Below are positions 26,230-39,200 of a stretch of DNA of 64,000 nucleotides, one piece after another. The translations under genes were made by a program, and so were the position numbers. The stretch lies in assembly GCA_000388065.2 (NCBI GenBank), contig KB932203.1; one strand, given 5' to 3'. Under the pieces are notes generated by a model. That model did not search any database, was not told where the DNA came from, and saw nothing but the letters and a program-made list of their open reading frames with translations. Each line of letters starts with the position of its first letter. Within the stretch, counting starts at the first letter, position 1. Source of the stretch: Fonticula alba ATCC 38817. Taxonomy: Eukaryota > Protista > Nucleariida.

Positions 26230-27511
26230 TTACGCCTCATCGCCGGAGCTCTTGCACAGGGCCAGGGCAGAGAACTCGATCGACCCCTCGGAGTTCTTAA
26301 AGTAGATGTCGTCGATGACCTTGCAGGCGTCCTGTGCTCGTCGGCAGGGAGAGAGAGAGAGAGAGGGGGGGGGGGGAGCGGCATTTCCCAGGGGCAGGGC
26401 GGGCAGGGCACGAAGGGGGAAGTACAGCGTTAGCCATTGGTCATGGTTATTCAAGCGATCTACCGCCGCCACCGTCGCCAGATATCCTGGCAGGCAGCAG
26501 GGGGGCATGGGCGGCAGCATGCCCGCACACGCACCTCCAGGAGACTGGACTCGGTGGTGGTGCCATGGAGGACCGGGCCCTCGCGGCGGCCATCCAGCTC
26601 GTAAAGCTTGCCCTCATGCTCAACGAAGACCACATAGTGGTGGTTGGTCAGGTTGTCCTCGGGGATCTCGGTCTCGCCCTCCTGCGCCGAGTCATGGTGG
26701 TGGTCGCGGATGTCGTCGGACAGCTCGAATGCGCGGGCACGCTCCTCCACCGACAGGTCCTTGTTCTTCTGGTAGAAAATGTCCAGCACCGACTCCTTCT
26801 CTGTGTGCAATAGATGTTCACATATGCGTGAAGATGCGTGAGTATATGTATGCGTGCACTCACGTGCACGCACACATTCGGTGCGTGCGCGGGGTGTACG
26901 GTGAGAACCAGTGCATGGACGGGGAGAGGAGGACGGACCGATCGGAAGGGCCTTGCGACCATTGAGCAGCGAATGGAAGAGTGCCACAGTGCCGCAGGCA
27001 TTTTCGACGGTCTGCTGCATGAAGAACACCGAGGCGCTGGTGTCGGCCTTCTTGCCAGCGTACAGCCGAGTTTGGAACTCCTCGATCTGGTGGTCCGAGC
27101 AGGAGGCAACACGGCGGGGGGGGGGGGGGGGGGCGGCATTCACATGTGAGTATGCGATTCTTGGGACAGCCCCCAAGGGGCTGGCAATGGAAAGGACCAC
27201 AGAGACCAACTGGGGGAGGCCGTACCTCCGGAGTAATCGGGTAGATCAGCAGAACAGCGTACACCGGGCGCGGGACCATCGACAGGAGCTCCGGGTCAAA
27301 GCCGAAGATGTCCTCGAATGAGGCGGCCGGACTGCCGAGGCGATGGGCGAGGGTGGTGAGGCTCTGGATGCGGGGGTGGTTGTGGTTGTTGTCAGTGGTA
27401 AGGAGCGGGAGAGGGGTCGTTTTTGTTGTTTGCTGGACAGTGCTGGAGGATGTAGGCGCAGCGCACCGCGGGAGACGACTCAATCGGGGTCCAGAGAGCA
27501 TTAGAGGACAT
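26230..27511 (-). CDS. UCHL3: Ubiquitin C-terminal hydrolase, UCH-L3/Yuh1 family (C12)
   Basis: MSSNALWTPIESSP, FEDIFG..ELLSMVPRPVYAVLLIYP, QQTVENACGT (catalytic Cys) and HHYVVFV..GKLYELDGR (His/Asp). Confidence 0.93.
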
Positions 27512-28091
27512 GGCTGGGGTAGAGAGAGGGGGGGGGGAAGATGAAGAAGGCGAGGGAGAAGGTGAAAGGGGGAGGGGGAGGGGGGGGGGAGGGCAGTTCG
27601 TCTACTACCCAGAGGCGGTGCCCCTTTAGTGCGTGGGCGATTGCGCCAGCCATCTTCGGCAGGTACAAGCGCAGGCACTCGCCCACTCGCGCACTCGATA
27701 CACACTCACGCACGGACGTCCGCGTCACAGTACTCATGGCCCGCCGGACGCCCGGGATTCGGTGGTGACACCCGGGCCGCTAGTCCCCCGGTGTGGTGGG
27801 CGAGAGCAGCCCCCAGCCCCCTCCGGGGGACAGGGGCGCGGGCCCCTCTGAGCGACGGGGATCGTTGGCACTTGCGGGCCGCGATCGGCTACTCATGGTT
27901 GTGTGTGTGTCTTTCTTCATCTCTATTGCTGGAGGAGCGGCTTGGGAAGCTGGGCGTCGTCGTCGTCGTAGCCGGCCGGCGCGGGGCGCACCCGGGGATG
28001 ATGGATCGGGGTGCGATGAAGGGGCAAGGGGACAGCCGCCTCGGGGTCAGCCCCCCCCCCCCCCCCTCGCCCCCGGCCCTTCACCTTCTCT

Positions 28092-28673
28092 CTAGGCAAA
28101 TCGGAAGAGGACGTTGCTCTGTGTCACCCGGGCGATAGAACTCCCAGCCGTGGCAAAACGCCTCAGGGGCAGGAGACAGGTCTTTCCCCCGGCCTCTGGG
28201 AGCATCTCGAGACGCAGGAGAGAGGTGTTGGTCTGGAGCGCCTGCGCGACTGACTGGGCGAACTGGCGCAGGGTGGCTCGCGAGCGTGATTCTGTGCTTG
28301 TGGGTTAGAAGTGGATCCAGATGCGTGTTCTCCCCCCGCCGCTTGGCCTGTGCTCGGCGCCCTGTTCCCCCCCCCCGCGTGGCCACCCGCTGGAAGGAGC
28401 CGCAGCGCACCTGGAAGGAAAAGTTTGCGTGCATGTGAGCTCCCTGCGCGAATGGACCGCAGGCAGCAATCCGTCTCCAGGAACCAGACCAACACATCAT
28501 GGTAGGCGTGGAATTGTTCGGCGTTGCGAAAGTGGTTCTCTAAAGGTCGAGGGGGGAGGGGGGAGGGTGTTGGCCCGCATGTGTGTCGTGTGGTAAGTGT
28601 GTGGCTCTCGTGGAGCGCATCGGCCAAGCCCCTCATTCCTGCCCGTCTCTATGTCTAGCCCTCTCGCTCGCCC

Positions 28674-28743
<70 letters not shown>

Positions 28744-31700
28744 CTCCCCAGCCTCGTCCAGCCACGAGCCGCCTTGCTCCCCCGCCTGTGCTCGCTGCCC
28801 CCCGGCCCTGGCTTCCTCACCTTCGAGCCCTCGCCCCGGCCGCCCTCCTCCACACCATGCCCATGGTTGGCGAACGCCCCGATGCGCCGGCCATTGCCCC
28901 CGAGCCGTCCACCGGCCAGGCGGGCCTTCCCTCCGAGTGCCGGAATTTGCCCTCTGGCCCTGATGTTGAGGCCATCAAGGATGCCTGGAGGAGGTGCGTC
29001 TTCCCTTTCTCCTCCCCCACGCCATCTGCCCTTTGTGTCAGCCTCGCCCCCCCGCTGGACGCCTCGTCCCTGACGCCCGGATCCTCCTAAATCACAGAGT
29101 CCAGGACGCCACCTCCGCCCGAGTGCTTCAAGTGGATCGCTTGCCAGACCGAGTGGCCAGGGTGCTGGCCGAGCCGGCGACTGCCGCGTCCAACATGTTC
29201 CTCCTAGGAGGCTTGGATGTCACATTCATGGCATCGGTTCCTTCGGTCAATCTCCCCCCCNNNNNNNNNNCCCCCCCCCGTGGAGCGGCACACCACCTCG
29301 AGTGAGAGTGCCAGATGGAAAAGCCAGTGCCGGTGAGGGCAGGGCGCCAGTCATGCGCACCTGAGATGTCCAGGAAATCCAGATCATGTCCCAGGAACGA
29401 GGTCCCGGCTCCGCGGCTGGCGATGGCACTCCGATCGACCAGCGGGAAATCCGGCCACGTGGCGGCCATCCAATCGAAAACCGGGAGCAGACGATCTGCG
29501 ACGGCGCCTCGATGGGCAACCTCCTTGAGGGCCGCACACAGGAGCGACCGCCGACTGGCCGGGGCCGCCAGAGTCGGATCGAGCAGGAGCTGCGCGGTGA
29601 TGGCATTGAAGTTTTGGAAGGTCTTCTTTGCTTCGATGAGGGGTTGCGTATCCCGGCCAGCCTCCAGAGGGAGGAGCAGGCCCCGTGACAGGGCAAAGGG
29701 CTTCATCTGGTGCAGGGTCAAAAGCAGACCCATCTCCAGCTGCAACTGCGGGAAGGGAGACAGGAGCCCGACCCCGTGTGCCGGCGCCTCCAGAGCCTGC
29801 AAAGCCACCTTCAGCGAGGTGGGGTCCACGTTGCAGTTGCGCAGGGACAGAAACTTCAAGCCCGGCGGCTGGGCCATGGCATCCACCAGCCCGGACGCCA
29901 GGGACCCATGGTAGTCCTGCCTCAGGAGAAGCCCCAGCGCCAGGGCATTGACCCCTTCCGGGTCTAAGGCCAGTCCACCGAGGTCCAGGGCAGCCAGCTC
30001 ACTGACGCCGGACTGCCAGAACCCCGGCGGGAAGGGGGCCGTGTCGCGTTGCACCGAAAGCGCCACAAGCGCGCAGCACCGACGACACAGGGTCTTCGGC
30101 TCGGCCAGAGCCGCCAGGATGCCACCGGCCTTGCGACCCCTTCGGGCTCGATCGCCGGCCGACGCCGCGGCCATGGCCGCCATCTCCTTGGACCAATCGA
30201 CCAAGGAGGCCACCAGCTCCGACTCGGCCAGCTGCAGGAGGAAGATGTCACCGATGCGCGGGGCCGAGTTGAGCCCGGATGGCGGCACGGCAGCGGCGAC
30301 CTCGGAAAAGGGCAGCCCCTCGACTCCCTGAAGGAGACGCACCTGCGGAGCGAAGAGGGCCGACAGGCACACTTGCGCCGCCACCGCCGACGGCAGGGGG
30401 ATCTGGCCGATCTTCAAGCCCTGGAGTTTGCGCCCGATCGAGCGTGTCTGGCGGCCGATGCTGAACTGCCCATGCGGCCGGGGGAAGCCGCCGGCAATGG
30501 CCAGGCACAAAGACCGCAGGCCATTGACCGCGAGTAGGGGGTTTCCTGGCGTCGGGCACCGGGGGAAATACACCCATGGCCAGGGTGAGCGCGGGGAGCT
30601 TCAACTTTTCAAAGGACCCAAAAGTGCGAGACGCGAACACCCCCGAGCAGGGCCCCTGTCGAGGGGAGAGAGAGGGGGGGGGGCGGGGCTCTGACAGGGC
30701 ATGTAGTTCTGCCTCACACATCGACAGACGCACCAATGAGGCCCAGGCGCCGGAGAAGGGTCACTTGCCCGAGGGGGATGTCCTGTGTGTTGTGCTGCTG
30801 CGAGAGCAGCAGTTCCGCGATGCGATCGCCCGCCTCGCCGGAAAGACCGTTGGCTTCGCGCGAAGGGAGCACGCGCGAGCCCGGAGCAGGGCCGAGGGGC
30901 CGGGCGCGCAGCGGGCCGAGGCTCAGTCAGAGGGAGGTCACCGGGGACCTGCTGCTCGGTATGGGGATCATCTCATCGTACCGGAAATGTCCAGGTCCAG
31001 CCAGGGCACAATCCAGCAGGCTGGCCGCAGCGGGGACAGCATGGCCGGCATGCGGCGCCGCAGCCGGTAGCCCGGGGCAATCTGCGCACTTGGGAAGCAG
31101 AAGTCGCATGCTGTCACATTCTGATGGAAGCTGGCCAAGTGGTCCATAAAGTACTCGACCCCATCATCCTGAAAGAGTGTGACTGCGAGCGGGGCCCCTC
31201 GGTCGGGTGAGTGGCGTGCCATTGCAGAGAGAAGCCATGGTGTCGGGGTGGGGCGAGGTGGGGCGAGGTGGGGCGGGAGGGGGGGGGCGGGTCTGTATCC
31301 GCGTGTCTGCGATTGCGCACTTCGTAATCCCAGGAAAAGCCCGGGCATGGCTGTGGAGAGATGTCGCCAAAATGCCGGCACTCGAGAGGCTGGCAACCCG
31401 GCGACGAGGGTCCTCAGCGCATCGCACTCGACCGGCTGCACCAGCTGCCCCAGGATGACGGCGCCGCGGTATTCCAGGGGATTGCCTGTTCCCGGGCAAG
31501 AGAGAGAGAGAGCGGCCGGTTAGCTGAAAGTGCCATGCCGGGCATGGGGGCCTGGTGCCGAGAGCTCGTACCACTCAGTTCCAGATGGCACAAACGGGGG
31601 CCGATGGCCCGCTCAATGCAAGCAGGCAGCCCGACCAGGATGTCCTGTCCGTCGCCGGCCAGCACCGTCAGGGCGCGGGCCACCCGCTGGAGGAACCCCC

Positions 31701-33241
31701 GGCGGCTGAGGACGATGTGTCGGACCATCACCGCAAGGCCGCGCTTGGTGATGACATTTTCTGACCGGGCCCCATTTCCGCGGCCAGGAGCGTGAGTGGC
31801 TTGACGGGTGAGTATGATTACGCGTGGTGACATCCGCCCGCCCCCCTTGGCGGCCGGCTTGCCGGGCGTGGCTGCCATCACGCACGGCTTAGGTCCAGTC
31901 GCTGCAGGCCACCATCCCACAGGCTGCCCTTCCGGCGAGAGGTCCGCCCTGTGTCGGCTGCCGAGCAGAGCAAGTATCTCCCGATGGCGGCAGCACCGCG
32001 GTTGCCGATGACATTGTCTGGGGAACCGGCCAAGGGGCGTCAGTAAATGGCACGCCGGCGGAGGGCTGTCCCACGATGTGGGCCGGCACACGACGCACCT
32101 GACAAATTCAGCGTCAGCAAGTTCGGCGCAAGCTTCGCCAGGGCCCGGGATAGGAGGATGACATGCGTGCATGTGAGGGTCGACCCGTTGAGGGACAGGT
32201 GGGCAAGGATGCTATAGCGGCCGAGGCTGCCACATAGCCGCGGCGAGGCCACAATCCGGACCACATACGACAGGGAGACGTCCTCCTTGACTGGTGACCG
32301 GGGTGAGGGGGTGGCGGGGGGTCAGTGATCGNNNNNNNNNNNNNNNNNNNNNNNNNNNNNNNNNNNNNNNNNNNNNNNNGCCTCGGACGAAGACGCACCA
32401 AACAGGGAGACCGCCACCTTTTCCGGCAAGCAAGCCTGATCAAGGATGTCGGCCAGTGAATGCCGAGCCCGGGAGGCGGCCATCGGCATCGGGGATTCCC
32501 CCGGGGCCGATGTCGCACTGTCCGGCCGGCTGGTCGGGGCAATGGCCGGGCCGTAGGCATTTCTGGCGCGCCCTTGCGAGCCCGAGGATCGCTCCGGATC
32601 ATTGAGCGCCAGGTCGGAAAGGGAGCTGGAAAGGAAGGACTCCGTCGGACGGCCTTCGAGGATGCCCGAGCGCAGGGCCTCGGACGACTGGCTAGATACC
32701 AGATCCAGGGTTGCCAGCATCTGTGAGGATGTTGACAGCAGGGCAGACTCCGAGGGCGAGATGTCACTGGAGCTGCTGCGGCCCGGTGGCGAGGGGGTGC
32801 GCTGCCGGAAACTGCCGCAGCCGCATGGGCTCGGGGAGTTGCCGGCGGCCGGGGCCCCACGTTGGGCCCCGCCAAAGCGTCCCGAAAGTAGGGTGGGATA
32901 AAAGTGGTCGCTCGAGGCCTCGGCCGAGGATGGAGGCTGGTCATTCAGCCACAAGCGCAGGGCGCGAAAATGTTGCTCAGCTCGAAGCTTCAGCCGCAGC
33001 GGCACTGTCGAGGGGTAGTGCGATTCGTAGGGCAATACCAGGAGAGGCTCCCGGTGCTGGGCGATGAGGAAGCACTCGTCGGCTGATGGAAGGGCAATGC
33101 AAGGATGCCATCAGTGTCAATGGCCCGGTCATGATGGCGCGGCGGGAATGGCAGGAAGGATGCAGATCTACCCTCAAGGAAAATGGGCTCGCCCTTGCGC
33201 AGCAGGCGCCCAGGCCACGCTCCATGCTGGTCATCTTCCAT
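28092..33241 (-). CDS. Large RNI-like leucine-rich-repeat protein of unknown family; start codon uncertain
   Basis: LRR units LAHLSLNG, LLTLNL, LAALDLGG, LKFLSLRNC, LDFLDIS|ENHF (intron 28540-29360) and VAQALQTNTSLLRLEM. Stop codon at 28092. Confidence 0.7.
28857..29260 (+). CDS. ENDOV: Endonuclease V, 5' exons (displaced relative to the 3' exons)
   Basis: MPMVG...DAWR|RVQDATSARVLQVD...LLGGLDVTF (first catalytic Asp). The last 27 nt equal the first 27 nt of the contig at 24989. Confidence 0.85.
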
Positions 33242-34182
33242 CCTGTGAGGCGAGCCGGGGCCGAATCGGGCGATGGAGGATGGGCGGGGCGCGGGGCGTG
33301 GCGGACCGGGGGAGCTGCAAGGCCATCAAGCAGGAGGATGGGCGAGGGCTCAACAAGGGCCTCTCCGTCTCGCGGAGGGGGAATCCGGCGAGCGGGGGGG
33401 GGGAACGGGGGTTAGGCGATCCGGCTAATGCCTTCCCTCTCGGGTCAAGGTGTGCAGCAGAGAAGCAGGGCGGTGGGTGTGTGTCTGATGGAAGAGGGCG
33501 GGGGGGGGGGGGGTGTTTGTTCGTGCTCGGTGCGCGCCGCACCCGGTATGGTGGCCGCACAAAAACCCACAACTCTCCAACTGGCTCAGTTAATGGCCCA
33601 CTCCCACATCATCGGCCACGTGATGTGCATGGTCATCCGGAGATTATCCCGTCTATGCCAGGGCTGGGCCAATGCGGCGGCGCCTGGCGACAGAGGATGG
33701 CGGGGGGGGGGTGGGGACGATTCTCCCTGCCAAGCGTGTGTATGTTGTTTTTTTCCCTCCGTCTTCCTTGTGCCGGCTCTCCGCCCCCTCTCGAAAGGGT
33801 GCATCCATGCACGCACCGCCGGCCTCCTCTCCCTGCGGCCTTCCCCTGGCTCGGTTGCGCCGATGCTCGATGCCTCGACGGCTCTTCTGGGAAGTTAGGA
33901 CGTGTATTAGGTATTTGAAAGGCGACCATGCTGGGCAGGAAGAGGAGCAGAGACACGGCCAGCGGGCGCTGAGAGGAGGCCGCGGCAATATGTGCGTGTT
34001 TGTGTTTGTGTGTGTGTGTGTCTGCGTGCGTGCGTGCGTGCACGTATATGATGGAGAGAGGGGAGAGATCGCTGCGCACACACAAACACACACACGTGTG
34101 TGTTTGTGCGTGTGTACGATGCGCCTCAGCGACTCCATCGCCCGCCCAGCCTGGAGGGGGATGCGGCGCGGCTGGCCATGAC

Positions 34183-34862
34183 TTACTGAGAGGAGGAGAT
34201 CTTGGGAGCCTCGCCGGTGCGCTGGCCATCGAAGAACTGGGTCAGGAAACCACCGCGGGCAGGGTCGATGACCACCTCCGAGGGGCGCTCGAAGAAGCGC
34301 ATGATGTTGGTCTTCTGGTTCCAGATGTTCATGGTCTAATCCGTGGGGAGAGTGGGTGAGAGCGTGGGGCGGGCACACCCCGCCTCTGAGTCAGATCTCA
34401 CCTTCAGGCAGCAGAGCAACAGACAGCATTGAGCACAAGGAGGGCGCATGGGAGGGAGCGAAGCACGAACCTCCTCAAGGTGGAGCTGACCCTTGTAAAC
34501 GAGCAGAGCGCGGGCCGGGACGTCAGTGACGTAGTTGACACGGTCGAACTCCTCGCGGATCTTGGCGCGCATGTAGGGAAGGGGCATGTCCAGCTCGTAG
34601 ATCTTGGCGATGAGAGGGAGCTGCATGTACAGCAGGGAGGAGGGGAGGGGAAGGGAGGGGGCGAGTGTCAGCACCGCTATTGTGGTGGGAAAAGGGGGTT
34701 GGGGAAGGGGCCTTGGTGAAAGCCGCGAGAAGAAGCCGCTTGTGGCAGCGGGGCCCGTACGTTGCGGTTCCAGTTGCGGTACAGAGTGCGGGCGGCCGCG
34801 GACACCTCGGCGGCGGTGGCGGTGCCGGGGTTGATCATGACCTGGACAAAGCGGTTGGACAT
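34183..34862 (-). CDS. NDUFA6: Complex I accessory LYR subunit NDUFA6 (B14)
   Basis: TLYRNW, YELDMP..AKIREEF, LLVYKGQLHLEE|TMNIWNQKTNIMRFF across three exons. Confidence 0.9.
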
Positions 34863-35254
34863 GGTTGTAATAGCGATGGGGCGAGAGCGTTCCGACCAAA
34901 ACCTGATGGCAGCGCGGCGGGTCAGTGGAAGTGACAGGGGCTGGAGGAGGAGGAGGAAGAGGAATTATGGNNNNNNNNNNNNNNNNNNNNNNNNNNNNNN
35001 NNNNNNNNNNNNNNNNNNNNNNNNNNNNNNNNNNNNNNNNNNNNNNNNNNNNNNNNNNNNNNNNNNNNNNNNNNNNNNNNNNNNNNNNNNNNNNNNNNNN
35101 NNNNNNNNNNNNNNNNNNNNNNNNNNNNNNNNNNNNNNNNNNNNNNNNNNNNNNNNNNNNNNNNNNNNNNNNNNNNNNNNNNNNNNNNNNNNNNNNNNNN
35201 NNNNNNNNNNNNNNNNNNNNNNNNNNNNNNNNNNNNNNNNGGGGGAGGGGATAG

Positions 35255-35430
35255 GGAGGGCAAGGAGGGCAAGGAGGGCAAGGGGGACAAGGAGGGCAAG
35301 GAGGGCAAGGAGGGCAAGGAGGGCAAGGACGGCAAGGAGGGCAAGGAGGGCAAGGAGGGCAAGGACGGCAAGGAGGGGAGGACGGCAAGGAGGGGAGGAC
35401 GGCAAGGAGGGGAGGACGGCAAGGAGGGCA
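35255..35430 (+). repeat. Minisatellite (GGAGGGCAA)n grading into (GGAGGGGAGGACGGCAA)n
   Basis: About 12 nine-mer units and 3 longer units are visible. The array abuts a 270-N gap. Confidence 0.9.
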
Positions 35431-36202
35431 GAGGCATACGTGGAGGAGTCAGAAGGAGGGGGTGCCCTCAGCAAGGGCCTCCTGCGTCCATGGTGAGATC
35501 ACTTCAATCGGCTCAGAGCGCGAAACAAACCAACGCCCGGGAGGCCTGTCTGCCTGCGCCGGGTGGCTCTCGTGCCAGGCGTCAGCCGGATGGGATGATG
35601 GCCTCCTTGGCCGGGAGGACAAAGCCGGCGGCAGCCCGGCGAGTCGGAGGACGAGGCTGCCATACTGACATTCCGTTCTTCGCTATCGACACTTCCCAGG
35701 CTGTAGCACCAGAATCTGGGGCACCAGCTCCCGCCCGGGATTCAGTATGTGACAGATCCAATCCCGGTGCCCTTCACTGGGCACGGCGGCCTCGATCGTT
35801 GGCAGGCGCCGGGCGCGGCGCATCTTTTGTTATTGGTGCTGACTCTGTCCTGGCCCTCTCCCCCCGCCCCGCCCCGCCCCCCCCCCCCCCCCCCCGCCCC
35901 CCCCGGCCTCCTGCCTAAGGCCGCCGTCTGGCGCAAAGGCCGCCTCTCGAGGCTCCCCATGATGTGTGCGGTCAGGGCAGCCCGGCCACCTCTCGAGAGA
36001 CACCACGCCAGATGTGGCGCTCGCCCGGGGAAGCGCGACCCACAGCCCCCTCCCTGGTCCTCCCTCTGCGACGCCCCGCCCTCTTGCTGCTCCATCCTGC
36101 GCCCTCCTCCCCCCATCGCCCCGCAGCTCTCTCTCTCTCTCCCCCCCTGCCGCCTGTCCGGAGCCACGAGCGGCCGTGCACTCTGCCCGGCCTGTGACCG
36201 CC

Positions 36203-39200
36203 ATGAAGCTCTTCTTCATCACCACGCTCAACGGGTCATCGATCTACACCCCGCCCTTGGTGCCACCGAGTCTGCATGAGAGCCACGTCAAGACCCTCCG
36301 CTGGCGGCACCTCCGAAGCACAGCCCTGCGGACGATCTCCTCCCTGCAGAAGGTCCGCGTGGAGCCTTCGGCCCAGGGGCTCCGCTGGCCGGTGGAATTC
36401 ACCAATTACCTGTGCTCGCCTCTGAGCGGGACACAACAGTTTTCCTTCGTGCGCAATTGCCCGGCCCCCTTTGCGCGTGCTTTGGGCCCCACGCACATGG
36501 CCGTGAGATCCACCTTCCGCGTGCTGACCGTCGACTTGTCGCCTCCTTCTCTGTACCCCCCTCCCCCCCCCCCCCTCCCCTGCCTGCCCTCTTGGCCTGG
36601 CATTAGGCCACATTCAATCAGCGCATCACCTCCTTCAAATTGACATGTGGCTCGACCATGTGTGTGCTTTTCTACGAGGTGGGCCGGGACTGTACGCTCC
36701 CCCTGTCGAAGGCCGCACGCACGCCGCCCAGCCAGCCGGATGATGACAACCCGGGCGACATGCCCTACCAATTCCCCTCGCTGGTGGCGTACGCCATCAC
36801 CGACTCCAGCGAGCCGCTGGACACCCTGCGCTTCCAGCTACGCATCCTGTGCGATGCGCTGGTCATGCGCTTCGGTCCGCTCGAAACGGTGCGCGACCCC
36901 CCCCCCCCACACACACACCGCCACCACCACCACCACCACCACCACGCGCCTATGGTGCTGGCGTGCATGATGGCCGACGCGCTCCGATTGCCCCGCCCGA
37001 CTGACCCCCAAGCGCCCTCAGTTCATTCCCGAGAACTACATCATCAACGTGCACTTCCAACAGTATCTCAACCCGCTGGTTGATGCCCTTCTGTCGCTCT
37101 CGTCCAGCTACGATGTAGGCCTCCTGCTGGGGTCGGTCAACCGTCTGAAGCTGAGTGATCCCATCGACCAGCAGTGGTACGCCCCTGCCTCCTCCCTCAC
37201 TCGGATCGCTCTCCGATGCTTTGCCGCGCCAAATGCTCCCCCGCCCCACGCTAACTGCATTTGACGGTGTTGCCCCTGCCCAGCCATCAGGCGTTGGAGG
37301 CCGCGGCGCAGGCGGCGTCCAAGCCGTCGGATGCCTTTGCCGGGCTGGTCCGGCCGCCGCGGGTCATGCACCTGCTGCTGTTCATCGGCAACAAGCTGGC
37401 CGGGCACTATGCGGCACCAGGGGCGCCGACGCTCGGCGGGGCGCCCGGGTCATCTGGCACCGGGTCCGGCACCGGAGGCCCGGGCTCCGGGGCCGGTGGG
37501 TCTGGAGCCGGCAACAACCCCGCCCTCAACAGCCGTCTGTCCAAGTCCGAGCGGGCCAAGCTGCTGCAGCTTCTGCAGCACGAGGCCGAGACGCCGGCCT
37601 TCCACCTGTCGCCATCGGACCTGCTGCAACTGACGCTGCGTTTGCAGGCCCGCCGTGCGGCCGCCCGCGCCGAGTGGCGGACCCGCAAGTCCGAGTGGCG
37701 GTCCAGCCTGCAAGCCTTCGAGGCGGAGCTGCGTGCCTTGGCCGCGGCCGAACCGCCGGCCAGCGTGGCCGAGGACCTCTCTCAGTCGAGTTCGCCCGTG
37801 CAGCCGGATGCCGTGTCGCCGGGAGCCGAGGCCGAGGCCGAGGCCGAGGCTGGGGAGTCCTCGGCGCGGGTCGCTCCCGAGGATGATGCGTCGACACCCG
37901 GTGGTGATGGTGACCTGGATGATGCGCCGGCGGGGGATGGCGACTTGGCGCCTCTTCCGGTGGACCCGGTTCCCCCGGCGGAGCCGGTTCATCCCTACAC
38001 GGAGCTGATCGAGTGCACGACGCCGGCCGCCCGGGCCGAGCTGGTCCAGCAGTACTGGAGCCCGGATGTGTCGGAGAGCCTTTTCCTGCGGACGTCGGCC
38101 CCCTTCGGGGAGATTGCGCCCGGCGGTGCCCCCGGCGGCCGGCGGCCCTTCCGTGTGCATAGCGGTCTGCTGCGGTCTTCGCAGTATCAGGTCCAGGGGC
38201 CCGATGGGCCGGCCATCACATACATCGCCGTGACCGAGGTGCCCATCCGGAGCCGGTCTTCGCAGCACAGCCTCGCCCCGGCGGCCCCGCTCTCGGCCGA
38301 GGAGCTGGACAAGGTGGACGCCGTGGTCACCCGGCGCGTGCATAACAGCCTCCTGGAGTCGCTGGCCCCGATCTTGGATATCCTTTTTGTCCTGAGCCTG
38401 GCACACATGCGCGTCAAGTCCTTCGTGGCCCTGTGCCCGGGGCTGGTGCACTTTGCCCTGGTTGATCGGAGCAGCGGGTGGATGGTGGTCCCGCGGGTGG
38501 AGCAGCTGACCTCCTACGACGGGGGCCCGGGCGAGGGGTCGAGCAACCACTCGGCCGCGGTGCCCTCCTCCGGGGGGGACGGCGATGCCGGTGCCGGTGC
38601 CGACGGCCGGCCGGCCAGCCCGCCGGACGGGGACGACTACTTCGACCTGGACTCGCCGCAATTCGGCGATGGGGCGGCTGTCCGCTCGACGCTGGACCTG
38701 CTGCGGCAGCATTGCGACCGGCGGCGCATCTCCCGGCGTCTGGCGGACTCGATCTACCACGCGCGCGCGCGCATCGCCGAGGGCTATACATCGGGCATCG
38801 CGCGCGTCGGGCCGTACCAGTACTTTCACAATGTGTGGTTCGAGGCGCCGCAGCCCAACGGCACGTCGGAGATGTGCGTCTCTTTCCCCGCCCCATGTGC
38901 TCCCTCCTCCCCCTCGGGGGAGGGGAGGGGGCTCCGCTGTGCATGTGCACTCACACGAATGGCTCCCTCTGCTCCCTGTCGCGGCTTCTCCCCCCCCCCC
39001 CCCCCCCCCCCCTTTCTGCTTCCACAGCCTGCCCATCGAGCAGGCCCTCCCCCAGCCTAGCCGTCTGAATGACCACTTTGATTACTTCCGGTGCGGGGCC
39101 CCCTTCGCTATGCTCCCTCCTCTTTTGGATGCACCCTGCTCACCTGCCGTTTTTTCCCCCGCGTGCACGTGTGTGCGTGTGGCCATGTGTATTCGCGCGC

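Noticed and set aside
27512-27653. Upstream ATG at 27653 as the UCH start codon
   Set aside because: After the available GT-AG splice it is out of frame with the conserved WTPIESSP motif. The ATG at 27511 fits.
35241-35430. Tandem repeat as a CRISPR array or coding repeat
   Set aside because: There are no unique spacers and no cas genes, and no supported ORF context. It is a simple minisatellite.
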